This document shows positions 35,704 through 45,178 of a DNA stretch of 64,000 nucleotides, in pieces; within the stretch, counting starts at the first letter, position 1, and every line of letters starts with the position of its first letter. Source of the DNA: an uncultured bacterium (GTDB taxonomy: Bacteria > Patescibacteriota > Minisyncoccia > UBA6257 > GWB1-50-10); assembly GCA_903827975.1 (NCBI GenBank), contig CAIKKG010000005.1, forward strand, positions 372 to 64,371. Direction: 5' to 3'. A model generated the notes under the pieces. It did not search any database. It was not told where the DNA came from and was given only the letters and a program-made list of their open reading frames with translations. Made by a program: the position numbers and the translations under genes.

Positions 35704-35737
35704 AAAAAATCCCCGCGTAAATGCGGGGAGTTTTTTA
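35704..35737. terminator. bidirectional rho-independent terminator
   Basis: aaaaaaa-ccccgc-gtaaat-gcgggg-ttttt. Confidence 0.65.
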
Positions 35738-35743
35738 ATATGA

Positions 35744-37147
35744 TTATTTTATATAAGAAAGTAAAAGATAGGCGATAAAGTACCAGTAGAAAACGGTTGC
35801 TCCACCCATCATTATATTGGTGAATATCCCAGGTCTCAGTTCTTTTTCTAACTTAGTATTATTTAAGTAGATAAGAACAGGCGTATATATTCCCATTGTT
35901 ATTCCTCCAAGCGCTGCGCTTATTGTGAGAAGTACAAGTGGCTGTTGCATCGGAAGTAGAAGCGCACTTGTAAATACAAGAATCACAATTGATGAGTAGT
36001 ATAATTTGCTCGCAGGTATTTCTTTGAATAATGTAAGATATTTTTTAAATGGACCTATATGAGAGTTTACATATATGATGTCGCTCACAATGCGAGTGAA
36101 TGCATCGAGTACTGTCCACATAACAGAGAAGAGCATTAAGAATGCCATTATGAGAAATACATTTGCACCAATTGGTCCCATAGAGTCTCCGAATATATGT
36201 GCCTGCACTACAGCAATATTTAATCCGTCAGGCACCAATCCTTTTGGAGTTAGTGTCGCATACGCATTTACACTTAAGAGTAATAGAGTTGTAAGTCCGA
36301 GAAACCAGAAAATAATTCCCTGATCTATGCGTATAAAGCGCATCCACTTTTTCCAACGTGAAATATTCTCATCATTTATATCGAACCTATAACTTGTTAT
36401 GGATACTGATTCGTTTTTCCCAGTAATCGGATTAATTATGCGCCCGACGTATTTTCCCATACCAGTCTGCTTATCCCTGTACCAGAGTGATGTGCATAGA
36501 TTTAACATTCCTCCCGCACCCGCAAATACTATTGCACCAAGGAAGACCGCCATATCAATTCCCTTTGGAAAGAAACCAAAATTTAATATTCCTTTGAACA
36601 TTCCACTGAAGTCTGTTGTTGATACGTTATAGAAACTAGAAACAAGAAGAAGTAGAAAAAATGTCGGGACAATTATTTTTAGGGTTTTTTCAAGTATCTG
36701 ATACGCAATTTTTCCTGAGAATGTTAATACGAGCACACCAAGAAGACTTACGAATGCCCAAGAAATATAATTTCCAAATCCGAAGAGTTCTTTAAGTATT
36801 GTGCCTATCGTGCTTGCCCAACCTGGCCAGACATAAAGCATTACGCTTGATATGATCCAGAACGGTGCAAACCACTTGAGCATTCTTGAGGTTGATGTAA
36901 AGAAGCTCTCTCCAGTCGCAATCGAGTGTCTAGCAACCTCCTGATTGATAAAGTATTGAAATGTAATTCCAAGAAGTGCTGCCCACAATACACCAAATCC
37001 AAACTTGGTCACTAGGTGTGGCCACATAATAAGCTCACCCGTACCAATTGAGAGGCCAACAATCACAACGCCAACACCAAGCGCATCCTTCCAGTGCGGT
37101 GGTGGTGGAAGTTCTCTTGTTTCAAATTCTCCATAATCCTGAGTCAT
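35744..37147 (-). CDS. polytopic transporter, Nramp/MntH-like superfamily
   Basis: ~11 TM; GLSIGTGELIMWP resembles the Nramp TM1 region. Confidence 0.45.
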   Translation of the reverse strand: MTQDYGEFETRELPPPPHWKDALGVGVVIVGLSIGTGELIMWPHLVTKFGFGVLWAALLGITFQYFINQEVARHSIATGESFFTSTSRMLKWFAPFWIISSVMLYVWPGWASTIGTILKELFGFGNYISWAFVSLLGVLVLTFSGKIAYQILEKTLKIIVPTFFLLLLVSSFYNVSTTDFSGMFKGILNFGFFPKGIDMAVFLGAIVFAGAGGMLNLCTSLWYRDKQTGMGKYVGRIINPITGKNESVSITSYRFDINDENISRWKKWMRFIRIDQGIIFWFLGLTTLLLLSVNAYATLTPKGLVPDGLNIAVVQAHIFGDSMGPIGANVFLIMAFLMLFSVMWTVLDAFTRIVSDIIYVNSHIGPFKKYLTLFKEIPASKLYYSSIVILVFTSALLLPMQQPLVLLTISAALGGITMGIYTPVLIYLNNTKLEKELRPGIFTNIMMGGATVFYWYFIAYLLLSYIK

Positions 37148-37193
37148 TTCTTTATTATAAACTATGCCAAATAGTGGAAATTATTTTTTCTGG

Positions 37194-37202
37194 TGGTACA
37201 AT
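37194..37202 (+). promoter_or_regulatory. extended -10 TGGTACAAT 7 nt upstream of ATG 37210 (leaderless)
   Basis: TGn + TACAAT. Confidence 0.4.
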
Positions 37203-37209
37203 GGCGTTA

Positions 37210-37896
37210 ATGAAAAAAGTTGCCATATTCGACATTGACGGGACTATTTTCCGCTCAAGTCTACTGATAGAGATTACAGAGGCTCTTATCCAGGAGGGGA
37301 TTTTTCCTGAGAAAGCAGAAAAGATTTATTCTGGCGCATTCAAGAATTGGTTGGATAGAAAGGGAAGCTATGATGAGTATATTCATGGAGTTATTGATGC
37401 GTTTGAGAAGTATATTGTAGGAATCAAGGAGTCAGATTTTTCCCGAATTGCAAAACGCGTTGTAGCATTTCATAAAAACAGAGTTTATAGATTTACACGA
37501 GACCTTGTTGCTGAATTACATGAGAAAAATTATTACATCATAGCAATCTCAAACTCACCAAAGGAGACGGTTGATGAGTTCTGTAAGACGATGGGTTTCG
37601 ATAGATCATATGGGCGTATTTATGCAACAGACAAAAACGGAAAATTAAATGGTGAGACATTGCACCTTGAATTAATGAGAGATAAGGCGAAGCTTCTTAA
37701 ATTTATTGCGAAGGAACATGGTTTTTCTCTAAAGGGTTCTGTGGGTGTGGGTGATTCAGAAGCTGACATTCCATTTTTGAAACTTGTAGATAGACCGATA
37801 TGTTTTAACCCTAACAGTAAATTATATGCGCATGCGCGCCGAGCAGGTTGGGAGATTGTGGTTGAGCGCAAGGATGTCGTTTATCATCTCCAATAA
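37210..37896 (+). CDS. HAD-superfamily subfamily IB hydrolase (phosphoserine phosphatase-like)
   Basis: motif I VAIFDIDGTIF, motif IV GDSEAD; start moved to MKKVAIFDIDGT. Confidence 0.75.
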   Translation: MKKVAIFDIDGTIFRSSLLIEITEALIQEGIFPEKAEKIYSGAFKNWLDRKGSYDEYIHGVIDAFEKYIVGIKESDFSRIAKRVVAFHKNRVYRFTRDLVAELHEKNYYIIAISNSPKETVDEFCKTMGFDRSYGRIYATDKNGKLNGETLHLELMRDKAKLLKFIAKEHGFSLKGSVGVGDSEADIPFLKLVDRPICFNPNSKLYAHARRAGWEIVVERKDVVYHLQ

Positions 37897-37916
37897 TTTG
37901 TAATAAATAAAACTAA

Positions 37917-39761
37917 TTAATGCGCCCTAAAAAGGCGCATTGAGTTTGCTATTGGTATAAAGTCTGTCATGAAGTTATATGCAGCCGCGCCCTCGGGTCC
38001 CAAAATATGCATTGATACAAGTACAAGGCCAACTATATTTACAGAGCCCCATATCGCAAAATTTTGTTTTACAACACGCATAGTGTCGCGTCCGAGTTCT
38101 ATCATCTCAGGGATTTTTGCAAAGTCATCCTTCATTAGTGCAACGTCAGCCGCCTCAATTGCTGAGTCTGAGCCAATCGTTCCCATCGCAATTCCAATAT
38201 CAGCAAGAGAAAGTGCAGCTGCGTCGTTTACGCCATCTCCAACCATAGCCAATCTTTTTTTAGGGTTTGCACTTAGCTTTACATACTCAAGTTTTTCTTC
38301 TGGGAGCATGTGCGCGTGGTACTCTGTTATTCCTACGCTTGATGCTATGCGCGAAGCGACATTCTCATTGTCTCCCGTAAGCATAACGATTGACTCAACG
38401 CCAAGAGTTTTTAGTTTCTGAATAGCAGTTTTTACATCTGGACGAAGTTCGTCTGCTGATGTTATTATTCCGACAACCTTTGAGTCTAGTCCAAATATGG
38501 TTACGTTTAATCCAGCCTTTTCAGCCGTAATTAGTCTTTCTCGAATCTCAGCATCAAATACGACACCCGTCGATTCTACGAATAAAGCATTTCCTGAGAC
38601 TATTGTTTTGGTTCCGAGCTTGGCCCGCATTCCTTTACCTGGAAGTTCCTCAACATTGTCAGGTTTTTCAATTTTTGTTTTCTCACGTTTTAAATATTCA
38701 ACAATCGCACGGGACACCGGGTGACTTGAATAGACCGCGGTCATCCCAGCATATTTAAGAAGCTCTTCTTTTGTTATGCCATTAAATGTGTGTACCTCAT
38801 GAACAATTAATTTTCCAAAGGTTAGCGTGCCAGTTTTATCAACGATTATTGTTTTAACATTTGCGAGTCCTTCCAAGAAATTACTTCCTTTTATTATGAC
38901 TCCACGGTGCGCCGCGTTTGCAATGCTTGCTAGGAAGCCCATCGGTATTGCTATCGCAATATCATCAGCACATGCAACAAGTAGAAGTGAGAGAAGTAGG
39001 GGAATGTCCTGAAATATTATGTATACGGCAACTGAACAGATAAGGGTGAAAATTATATACCACTTAGCAAATGAGTCTGCGACTGTTTTTATTCGCGCTT
39101 TATTTTTTTGAGCATTTTCTATAAGAGATATTATGTGTTCAAGTGTAGTATCTTTTCCGACACGTTCCGCACGAACCGTGAGCGTTCCTGAAGAAAGTAG
39201 TGTTCCACTCCAGACCTTCTCACCGATTATTTTAGTAATTGGAATTGACTCGCCCGTAAGAGATGACTGATCAACCTCACCGGTACCGTCCACAACAACA
39301 CCATCAATCGCAATTCGTTCTCCCATCTCTATAATTACCACATCACTTAATGAGACTGATTCTGTTGGAATATCTTCAACTGAATCACCACGCCTCACTC
39401 TTATTGTTTTTGGGCGAAGTTTTAGAATACTTCTAATTGCACTATGTGTGCGCGCTGCGGTGTAATAATCAAAAAGACGCGCAGAGGTGAGCATTAGGTT
39501 TATGAATGTGGCAGAACCCCACTCGTTAGATAGGATTGCAGCAATAAGGGCTACACTAGCAAGAAGGTCAACTGAAACAACCTTATTTTTTAGAGATTTA
39601 AAAGCGCTAAAAGCAACCGGAATAAGCCCACTAAGGGAGGCAATAAGAAGTATCGCGCTATCTATTGAGGGCGGAATTACTTTTAGTGAGTGAAGTATTA
39701 AAAGTATTAAAAAAGATACGAAGAGTGATATATCAAATAGTGGTTTTTTTGGTTCATCCAT
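37917..39761 (-). CDS. P1B-type heavy-metal P-type ATPase lacking N-terminal metal-binding domain; TM6 motif is CAD instead of CPC
   Basis: TGES, DKTGTLT, GDGVNDAAAL motifs; 614 aa; VACADDIAIAIP aligns to ACPCALGLATP. Confidence 0.8.
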   Translation of the reverse strand: MDEPKKPLFDISLFVSFLILLILHSLKVIPPSIDSAILLIASLSGLIPVAFSAFKSLKNKVVSVDLLASVALIAAILSNEWGSATFINLMLTSARLFDYYTAARTHSAIRSILKLRPKTIRVRRGDSVEDIPTESVSLSDVVIIEMGERIAIDGVVVDGTGEVDQSSLTGESIPITKIIGEKVWSGTLLSSGTLTVRAERVGKDTTLEHIISLIENAQKNKARIKTVADSFAKWYIIFTLICSVAVYIIFQDIPLLLSLLLVACADDIAIAIPMGFLASIANAAHRGVIIKGSNFLEGLANVKTIIVDKTGTLTFGKLIVHEVHTFNGITKEELLKYAGMTAVYSSHPVSRAIVEYLKREKTKIEKPDNVEELPGKGMRAKLGTKTIVSGNALFVESTGVVFDAEIRERLITAEKAGLNVTIFGLDSKVVGIITSADELRPDVKTAIQKLKTLGVESIVMLTGDNENVASRIASSVGITEYHAHMLPEEKLEYVKLSANPKKRLAMVGDGVNDAAALSLADIGIAMGTIGSDSAIEAADVALMKDDFAKIPEMIELGRDTMRVVKQNFAIWGSVNIVGLVLVSMHILGPEGAAAYNFMTDFIPIANSMRLFRAH

Positions 39762-39814
39762 TGTTATATTTTACATCTTTCTCTTTTTTGATGCGATGAT
39801 ATAATGGAAGGATA

Positions 39815-40126
39815 ATGGATACAATCTACAATATAAGAGATATAAAAGGGCATAACATCGGAAGGGTGGATGATAATTGCATTGTATTTGATTTGCACGG
39901 CAAGAAGGTTGGTCATATTTCAAATGATGGATATGTGTTTGATGCAAAGAACGATAAGGCTGGGCACGTTGGACCTGACGGCAAGGTGCATGACGATATG
40001 ATGAAGCACGTTGGTATTGTTCGAGATGACGGTTCAGCACTTGATATGATGGGTCATGTTGTTGGTAAGGCAATTCCTCCGCATATGCAGTTTGCTGGCG
40101 CGGCCTTCCTACTCCTTTTTAGATAA
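39815..40126 (+). CDS. His/Met-containing tandem-repeat protein (about six ~11-aa G-H-x-G/V repeats)
   Basis: KGHNIGRVDDN / HGKKVGHISND / KAGHVGPDGKV / MMKHVGIVRDD / MMGHVVGKAIP. Confidence 0.45.
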   Translation: MDTIYNIRDIKGHNIGRVDDNCIVFDLHGKKVGHISNDGYVFDAKNDKAGHVGPDGKVHDDMMKHVGIVRDDGSALDMMGHVVGKAIPPHMQFAGAAFLLLFR

Positions 40127-40193
40127 AATAAAATCCGGCAGAAATGTCGGATTTTTTTGTTATTTGGGTTGGTGGTATTATGCATACATATAT

Positions 40194-43175
40194 ATGCAAG
40201 GAGATGAATTCGAAAAACGATATAGTTTATTAAATACGGAGCAAAAGGAGGCGGTGGATGCTGTTGAGGGTCCTGTTATGGTTGTCGCGGGTCCTGGCAC
40301 TGGCAAGACACAGATACTCACGCTTCGAATCGCCAACATTCTTAGAAATACAGACACTAACCCTGGGAATATTTTAGCGCTAACTTTTACAGAGGCTGGA
40401 GTAAGTACTATGCGCCGAAGGCTTTTAGAATTTATCGGGGCTGACGCATATTCAGTCGGCATTAATACATTTCATGGATTTTGTAATGGAGTAATTAAAG
40501 AGTACCCAGAAGAGTTTCCACGCATCATAGGCTCAGAGAGTATTACAGAAGTTGATCAGATTTCACTTATTGAGGAAATAATAACTTCTACAACCTTACC
40601 GATATTAAAACCTTTTGGCGAGCCACTTCATCACGTGCGCGGAATTTTGAAAGCAATAAACGATTTGAAGCGCGAGGGAATAGATCCAGAGCAGTTTATT
40701 GAGATTATAAAAAAAGAGAAAGAACGATTTTTTGAAACACCAGATCTATATCACGAGAAAGGTGTACACAAAGGTAAGATGAAGGGCGAGTTCAAAGATG
40801 AGTTAAAACATATTGAGAAAAATGAAGAGCTTTGTATTTTGTATGGCGCTTATGAAGAAAAACTTAGCACGCGTCGGATGTATGACTATGGGGATATGAT
40901 TATGGAGGTTCTTCATGCGCTTACAAATAATGGTGATTTGCTTTTAATTTTGCAGGAAAAACATCAGTATATTTTGGTTGATGAGCATCAGGACACAAAC
41001 AACGCGCAAAATAAAATTCTTGAACTTCTTGCCAACTTCCATGAGAATCCGAATATATTTGTAGTGGGTGATGAGAAGCAGGCAATTTTTAGATTTCAGG
41101 GCGCCTCATTACAGAATTTTTTGCATTTTAAAGAACTATATCCGGAGGCTAAGCTTATTGTCCTTCAGGAAAATTACAGGTCTTCTCAACTTATATTGGA
41201 CTCAGCACACTCACTTATTGAGAGTAAAAAAGTATTGCATGCAAATACAACTAATAAGAATGAGTTGGTTCATCTTTTTGAATTTTCAAGGCCTGAGGTT
41301 GAGTCACATTTTTTGGCCGAGGATATAAGAAAGAAACTTGATGCTGGGTGTGCGCCGTCAGACATAGCAGTTTTGTACAGAAATAATCGTGACGCACTTC
41401 CGCTCGTTCCAGAACTTGAGCGAGCTGGTGTGCCTTTCGTTATTGAGTCAGACGAGAATGTTTTAAGTGATCTTGATATACGCAAGATAATTGTATTGTT
41501 AAGAGCGATAAATGAGTTCGGTGAGGATTCGCGTGTTGCCGAGGCAATGCATATAGATTTCTTAAAGCTTGATCCACTTGATGTGTACAGGGTTATACGA
41601 GCCTCACGTGATTTACGCGCACCACTTTACGACGTTCTTCGCTCAGAGAAAGTTTTGCGCGAATTAAATCTTGAGAATGCTGACGCAATAAAACTTTTTT
41701 ACGGTAAGTTGAAAGAACTTTCAGTTGCTGGGAAAAACAAAGGGCTTCAGGAATTTTTTGGAATGGTTTTGCGCGAGTCAGGATTTTTGTCATATGCGCT
41801 TGGTCATGAGGACATGATTCAGAAAATGGAGAGGGTTAATGGATTTTTTGATGAGATACAGAAGTTAACAGAAAGAAAGCCAGACACAAAGCTTAGCGAG
41901 TTTTTGTCTTACATTGCTACAATTGAGGCTAATAAAATTCTCATTAAGAAAAGTTCGTTCTCCGCATTTGGGAATCGTGTCCGTCTTATGACCGCACACA
42001 AATCAAAAGGGCAGGAGTTTGAGTATGTATATATGATAGGTGCGTTTGATGGTCACTGGGGTAATAAAAAAAATAAGGATTCAATTAAATTGCCGGGTTC
42101 CGTGTTCTCGCTCTCTCAAGATTTAAAAATTGAAAATAATTCTATAGACGATGAGCGTAGACTTTTCTATGTCTCTCTAACGCGTGCAAAAAAGTCCGTC
42201 ACTATTTCGTATGCAAAAGAAAGTATATCTGGACGAGAGCAGCTGCCGACACAATTTCTTAGTGAGATGAAGGCGGAACTTATTGAGAATTGCGATACAA
42301 GTAATTTTGAGAAAGAGTTTTCAGATCATAAGGAGTTATTATTTGCACCAACTGCGCCGTCACACGCGAGTATAAAAGATAAGGAATTCATTCGTAATCT
42401 TTTTGCTGAGCGTGGACTCTCTGCGACAGCTCTTAATAATTATCTTGATTGTCCTTGGAAATATTTTTATCAGAACCTTATTCGAATTCCTTCGGCCAAA
42501 GAGCCACATCAATTATTTGGAACCGCAATTCATGCGGCACTTGATGATTTTTTCAGCTCATTTTCTGAGGGTGGTAAATCAACAAAGCAATATTTATTGG
42601 ATAGATTTGCATTCCATTTTGATAGGCAGTCATTTTTGGAGAGTGATAAGGCTGATTATATGGCGCGTGGTGAGAAGGCACTCTCTGGTTATTTTGATTC
42701 ATATCACGCAACCTGGGCAACAAACGTAAAGACGGAGTTTGATGTTAAAGGTATTCTATTTACGCCAGAAATTGCTCTTTCTGGAAAGCTAGATAAATTA
42801 GAGTTTGCTGATGATATGCGCGAGGTTAACGTTGTTGATTATAAAACTGGCAAGCCAAAGACGCGCGGAGTTATTGAGGGAACGACAGAGAGTTCAAATG
42901 GAAATATAAAGAGGCAGTTAGTTTTCTATAAAATTTTATTAGACCGTTATGAGAAAGGAAAATATCATATGGTTTCGGCTGATATTGATTTTGTTGAGCC
43001 GGATGATAAGGGACGTTATAAGAAAGAGCGATTTTACGTGACTGACGAGGAGGTGAGTGAATTGAGTGATACTATTACTCGCGTAGTTGCAGAAATCCAC
43101 GCACTTTCATTTTGGGAGACTCGATGTGGAGAAGAAAAATGTGAGTTTTGTAAGTTGAGAGATATGATGGGCTAA
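40194..43175 (+). CDS. UvrD/PcrA-family helicase fused to C-terminal PD-(D/E)xK (Cas4/AddB-like, Cys-cluster) nuclease
   Basis: Walker A AGPGTGKTQ; UvrD motifs; C-terminal DYKTGK...CGEEKCEFCKLRD. Confidence 0.8.
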   Translation: MQGDEFEKRYSLLNTEQKEAVDAVEGPVMVVAGPGTGKTQILTLRIANILRNTDTNPGNILALTFTEAGVSTMRRRLLEFIGADAYSVGINTFHGFCNGVIKEYPEEFPRIIGSESITEVDQISLIEEIITSTTLPILKPFGEPLHHVRGILKAINDLKREGIDPEQFIEIIKKEKERFFETPDLYHEKGVHKGKMKGEFKDELKHIEKNEELCILYGAYEEKLSTRRMYDYGDMIMEVLHALTNNGDLLLILQEKHQYILVDEHQDTNNAQNKILELLANFHENPNIFVVGDEKQAIFRFQGASLQNFLHFKELYPEAKLIVLQENYRSSQLILDSAHSLIESKKVLHANTTNKNELVHLFEFSRPEVESHFLAEDIRKKLDAGCAPSDIAVLYRNNRDALPLVPELERAGVPFVIESDENVLSDLDIRKIIVLLRAINEFGEDSRVAEAMHIDFLKLDPLDVYRVIRASRDLRAPLYDVLRSEKVLRELNLENADAIKLFYGKLKELSVAGKNKGLQEFFGMVLRESGFLSYALGHEDMIQKMERVNGFFDEIQKLTERKPDTKLSEFLSYIATIEANKILIKKSSFSAFGNRVRLMTAHKSKGQEFEYVYMIGAFDGHWGNKKNKDSIKLPGSVFSLSQDLKIENNSIDDERRLFYVSLTRAKKSVTISYAKESISGREQLPTQFLSEMKAELIENCDTSNFEKEFSDHKELLFAPTAPSHASIKDKEFIRNLFAERGLSATALNNYLDCPWKYFYQNLIRIPSAKEPHQLFGTAIHAALDDFFSSFSEGGKSTKQYLLDRFAFHFDRQSFLESDKADYMARGEKALSGYFDSYHATWATNVKTEFDVKGILFTPEIALSGKLDKLEFADDMREVNVVDYKTGKPKTRGVIEGTTESSNGNIKRQLVFYKILLDRYEKGKYHMVSADIDFVEPDDKGRYKKERFYVTDEEVSELSDTITRVVAEIHALSFWETRCGEEKCEFCKLRDMMG

Positions 43176-43221
43176 TTGGTTTTAGTTTTCTTATGATTGT
43201 TTTTGTGGTATTAGTGTATGT

Positions 43222-43980
43222 ATGAATGGTAAGAAAAATACGTCATGGGGTGGGGTCGCCGAATGGTATAGCGAACTTCTTGGTAAGGAGGGGACATATC
43301 AAAAAGAGGTGGTTCTACCAAATCTTTTGAGAATGATGAATCTCCAAAAAGGCGAGACCATACTTGATCTTGCGTGCGGAGAGGGATTTTTTTCGCGCGC
43401 ATTTGCCGAGTTTGATGTTAAGATAATTGGCGTTGATGTTGCAAGAAATTTAATTGATATAGCAAAGAAGACACCAAGTAAACGAATTGCATATAAGGTT
43501 TCAGCCGCACACAAGCTTGAATTTTTAGATTCTGGAAGTATTGATAAGGTAGCAATCATACTATCTGTTCAGAACATGGAGGATATACAGAAAGTATTTG
43601 CCGAGTGTGCGCGCGTTTTGAAGGTTGGCGGAACAATGCACATGGTTATGAATCATCCAGCCTTTCGCGTTCCAAAGCGTTCAAGTTGGGGTTGGGATGA
43701 GAAGGAGCTTGCACAGTACAGGAGACTAGATGCATATATGTCAGAAAGCACCGAGAAGATTCAGATGCATCCTGGAGATAAACCGTCTGAGTACACGTTG
43801 TCATTCCACAGACCGCTTCAGGTGTATTTTAAAAATTTAAAAAAGAGCGGACTTCTTGTCCGTGGATTAGAAGAGTGGATTTCAAATAGGAAAAGCGAGC
43901 CCGGTCCAAGAGCAGGTGAGGAAAATAGAATCCGTAAGGAGATACCACTTTTTCTTACATTAGAAATTGTAAAGGTGTAA
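43222..43980 (+). CDS. class I SAM-dependent methyltransferase
   Basis: motif I ILDLACGEGFF. Confidence 0.75.
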   Translation: MNGKKNTSWGGVAEWYSELLGKEGTYQKEVVLPNLLRMMNLQKGETILDLACGEGFFSRAFAEFDVKIIGVDVARNLIDIAKKTPSKRIAYKVSAAHKLEFLDSGSIDKVAIILSVQNMEDIQKVFAECARVLKVGGTMHMVMNHPAFRVPKRSSWGWDEKELAQYRRLDAYMSESTEKIQMHPGDKPSEYTLSFHRPLQVYFKNLKKSGLLVRGLEEWISNRKSEPGPRAGEENRIRKEIPLFLTLEIVKV

Positions 43981-43991
43981 TATATAAATAT

Positions 43992-44501
43992 ATGAGTGAG
44001 ATAGAAAATAAAAACGAAAAAACGAAAGCCGAAGAAGTTTTCTCGGAAAAGGTTACTAGGTTGATTGGTTCAACTGGTTCTCTTGTCGTACATACAATTC
44101 TTTTTGCTGGAGCGATAGGTCTAATATTTTTTGGAGTCTCAACCGACTCAGTTCTTTTAGTATTAACGACAATCGTCTCACTGGAGGCAATTTATCTTTC
44201 CATTTTTATTCAGATTACAGTTAATCGTCATGCAGAAAGTTTGGAGGATGTTGAGGAAGATTTGGACGAGATTCAGGAAGACGTGAAAGAAATTTCCGAA
44301 GACGTTGATGAGATTTCAAAAGATATTGATGAGATTCAGGAAGACGTTGATGAGATTTCAAAAGATATTGATGAGATTCAGGAAGACGTTGATGAGATTC
44401 AGGAGCATGATGAGGAGGAGGAGAAAGCATCTTTTGATAAGATTGAGACACTTCTTAAAAAAGCTGTTGAGGATTTAGAGAGACTTAAAAAACAGCAGTA
44501 A
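43992..44501 (+). CDS. DUF1003-like membrane protein with acidic tandem-repeat C-terminus
   Basis: SLEAIYLSIFIQITVNRH core; EDVDEISKDIDEIQ repeats. Confidence 0.5.
   Translation: MSEIENKNEKTKAEEVFSEKVTRLIGSTGSLVVHTILFAGAIGLIFFGVSTDSVLLVLTTIVSLEAIYLSIFIQITVNRHAESLEDVEEDLDEIQEDVKEISEDVDEISKDIDEIQEDVDEISKDIDEIQEDVDEIQEHDEEEEKASFDKIETLLKKAVEDLERLKKQQ
44256..44402 (+). repeat. 42-bp tandem repeat (~3.5 copies) inside the CDS
   Basis: unit gaagacgttgatgagatttcaaaagatattgatgagattcag; two perfect copies at 44298..44381. Confidence 0.75.
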
Positions 44502-44521
44502 TAATTTGCAATAGAGTTAAT

Positions 44522-44550
44522 AAAAACCCCCGATATTTTTCGGGGGTTTA
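44522..44550. terminator. bidirectional terminator
   Basis: aaaaa-cccccg-atattttt-cggggg-ttta. Confidence 0.6.
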
Positions 44551-44555
44551 AGTAT

Positions 44556-45035
44556 TTATTCATCGTCTCTTACAATAACAATATAGTCTTCTTTTGCTTC
44601 CCAGACTTTTTTACTGCCGAGAGGGTCTACAAAAACGCTCGCCGCGGTATTTGCATCAATAAGGACCATGGCAACAAAGTAATTTTGTGCATCTCTGAAA
44701 AGGAAGAAGGCCATGTTGCAGTTTTTTGACATCCACTTTCGATTATCCCTCACAAACTCAATAATCTGATTTTGTGTTAAACAAAGTTGATCAAGATTGC
44801 ACGAGATAGATGTAAAAATCTGAACGAATTTGGAGTCGCGCACAAGCTTGAATCCCGCCGTTTGAGTTTTTTCGTTTGAAAAAGACTCCTCGAAGTCAGT
44901 AAAATTCTTGAAATCATCCTCTTTATAAAGAAAAACATCAGAGTCTAATATTTTCTTCTCACCACGAGTTGCTCGAATTACCTTACCGCAACCAAGTATT
45001 GGAGCGACCATGCTCTGCGCAGATTTCCCGTTCAC
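44556..45035 (-). CDS. hypothetical protein
   Basis: 159-aa ORF; no family recognised. Confidence 0.4.
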   Translation of the reverse strand: MNGKSAQSMVAPILGCGKVIRATRGEKKILDSDVFLYKEDDFKNFTDFEESFSNEKTQTAGFKLVRDSKFVQIFTSISCNLDQLCLTQNQIIEFVRDNRKWMSKNCNMAFFLFRDAQNYFVAMVLIDANTAASVFVDPLGSKKVWEAKEDYIVIVRDDE

Positions 45036-45155
45036 GACAATCTCCTTTTGATTAAGTTTCTATAAAAAGTTTTATCACTAAAAATGATATGTGTCAACGA
45101 ATAGTTTGACAAAGCCTGTATTTATGCGTATTCTTAGGAAGGATAAATTTGGAAA

Positions 45156-45178
45156 GGCCTCGCGCGAGGCATTTTTAT
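45156..45178 (+). promoter_or_regulatory. hairpin (gcctcg-cg-cgaggc) + U-run abutting the typA start codon; sequesters AAGG
   Basis: perfect 6-bp GC stem immediately 5' of ATG 45179. Confidence 0.3.

Noticed and set aside
40056-40193. Upstream extension of the helicase ORF overlapping the repeat-protein gene
   Set aside because: It overlaps the preceding CDS and its terminator-like region. The conserved helicase N-terminus starts near the in-frame ATG 40194.
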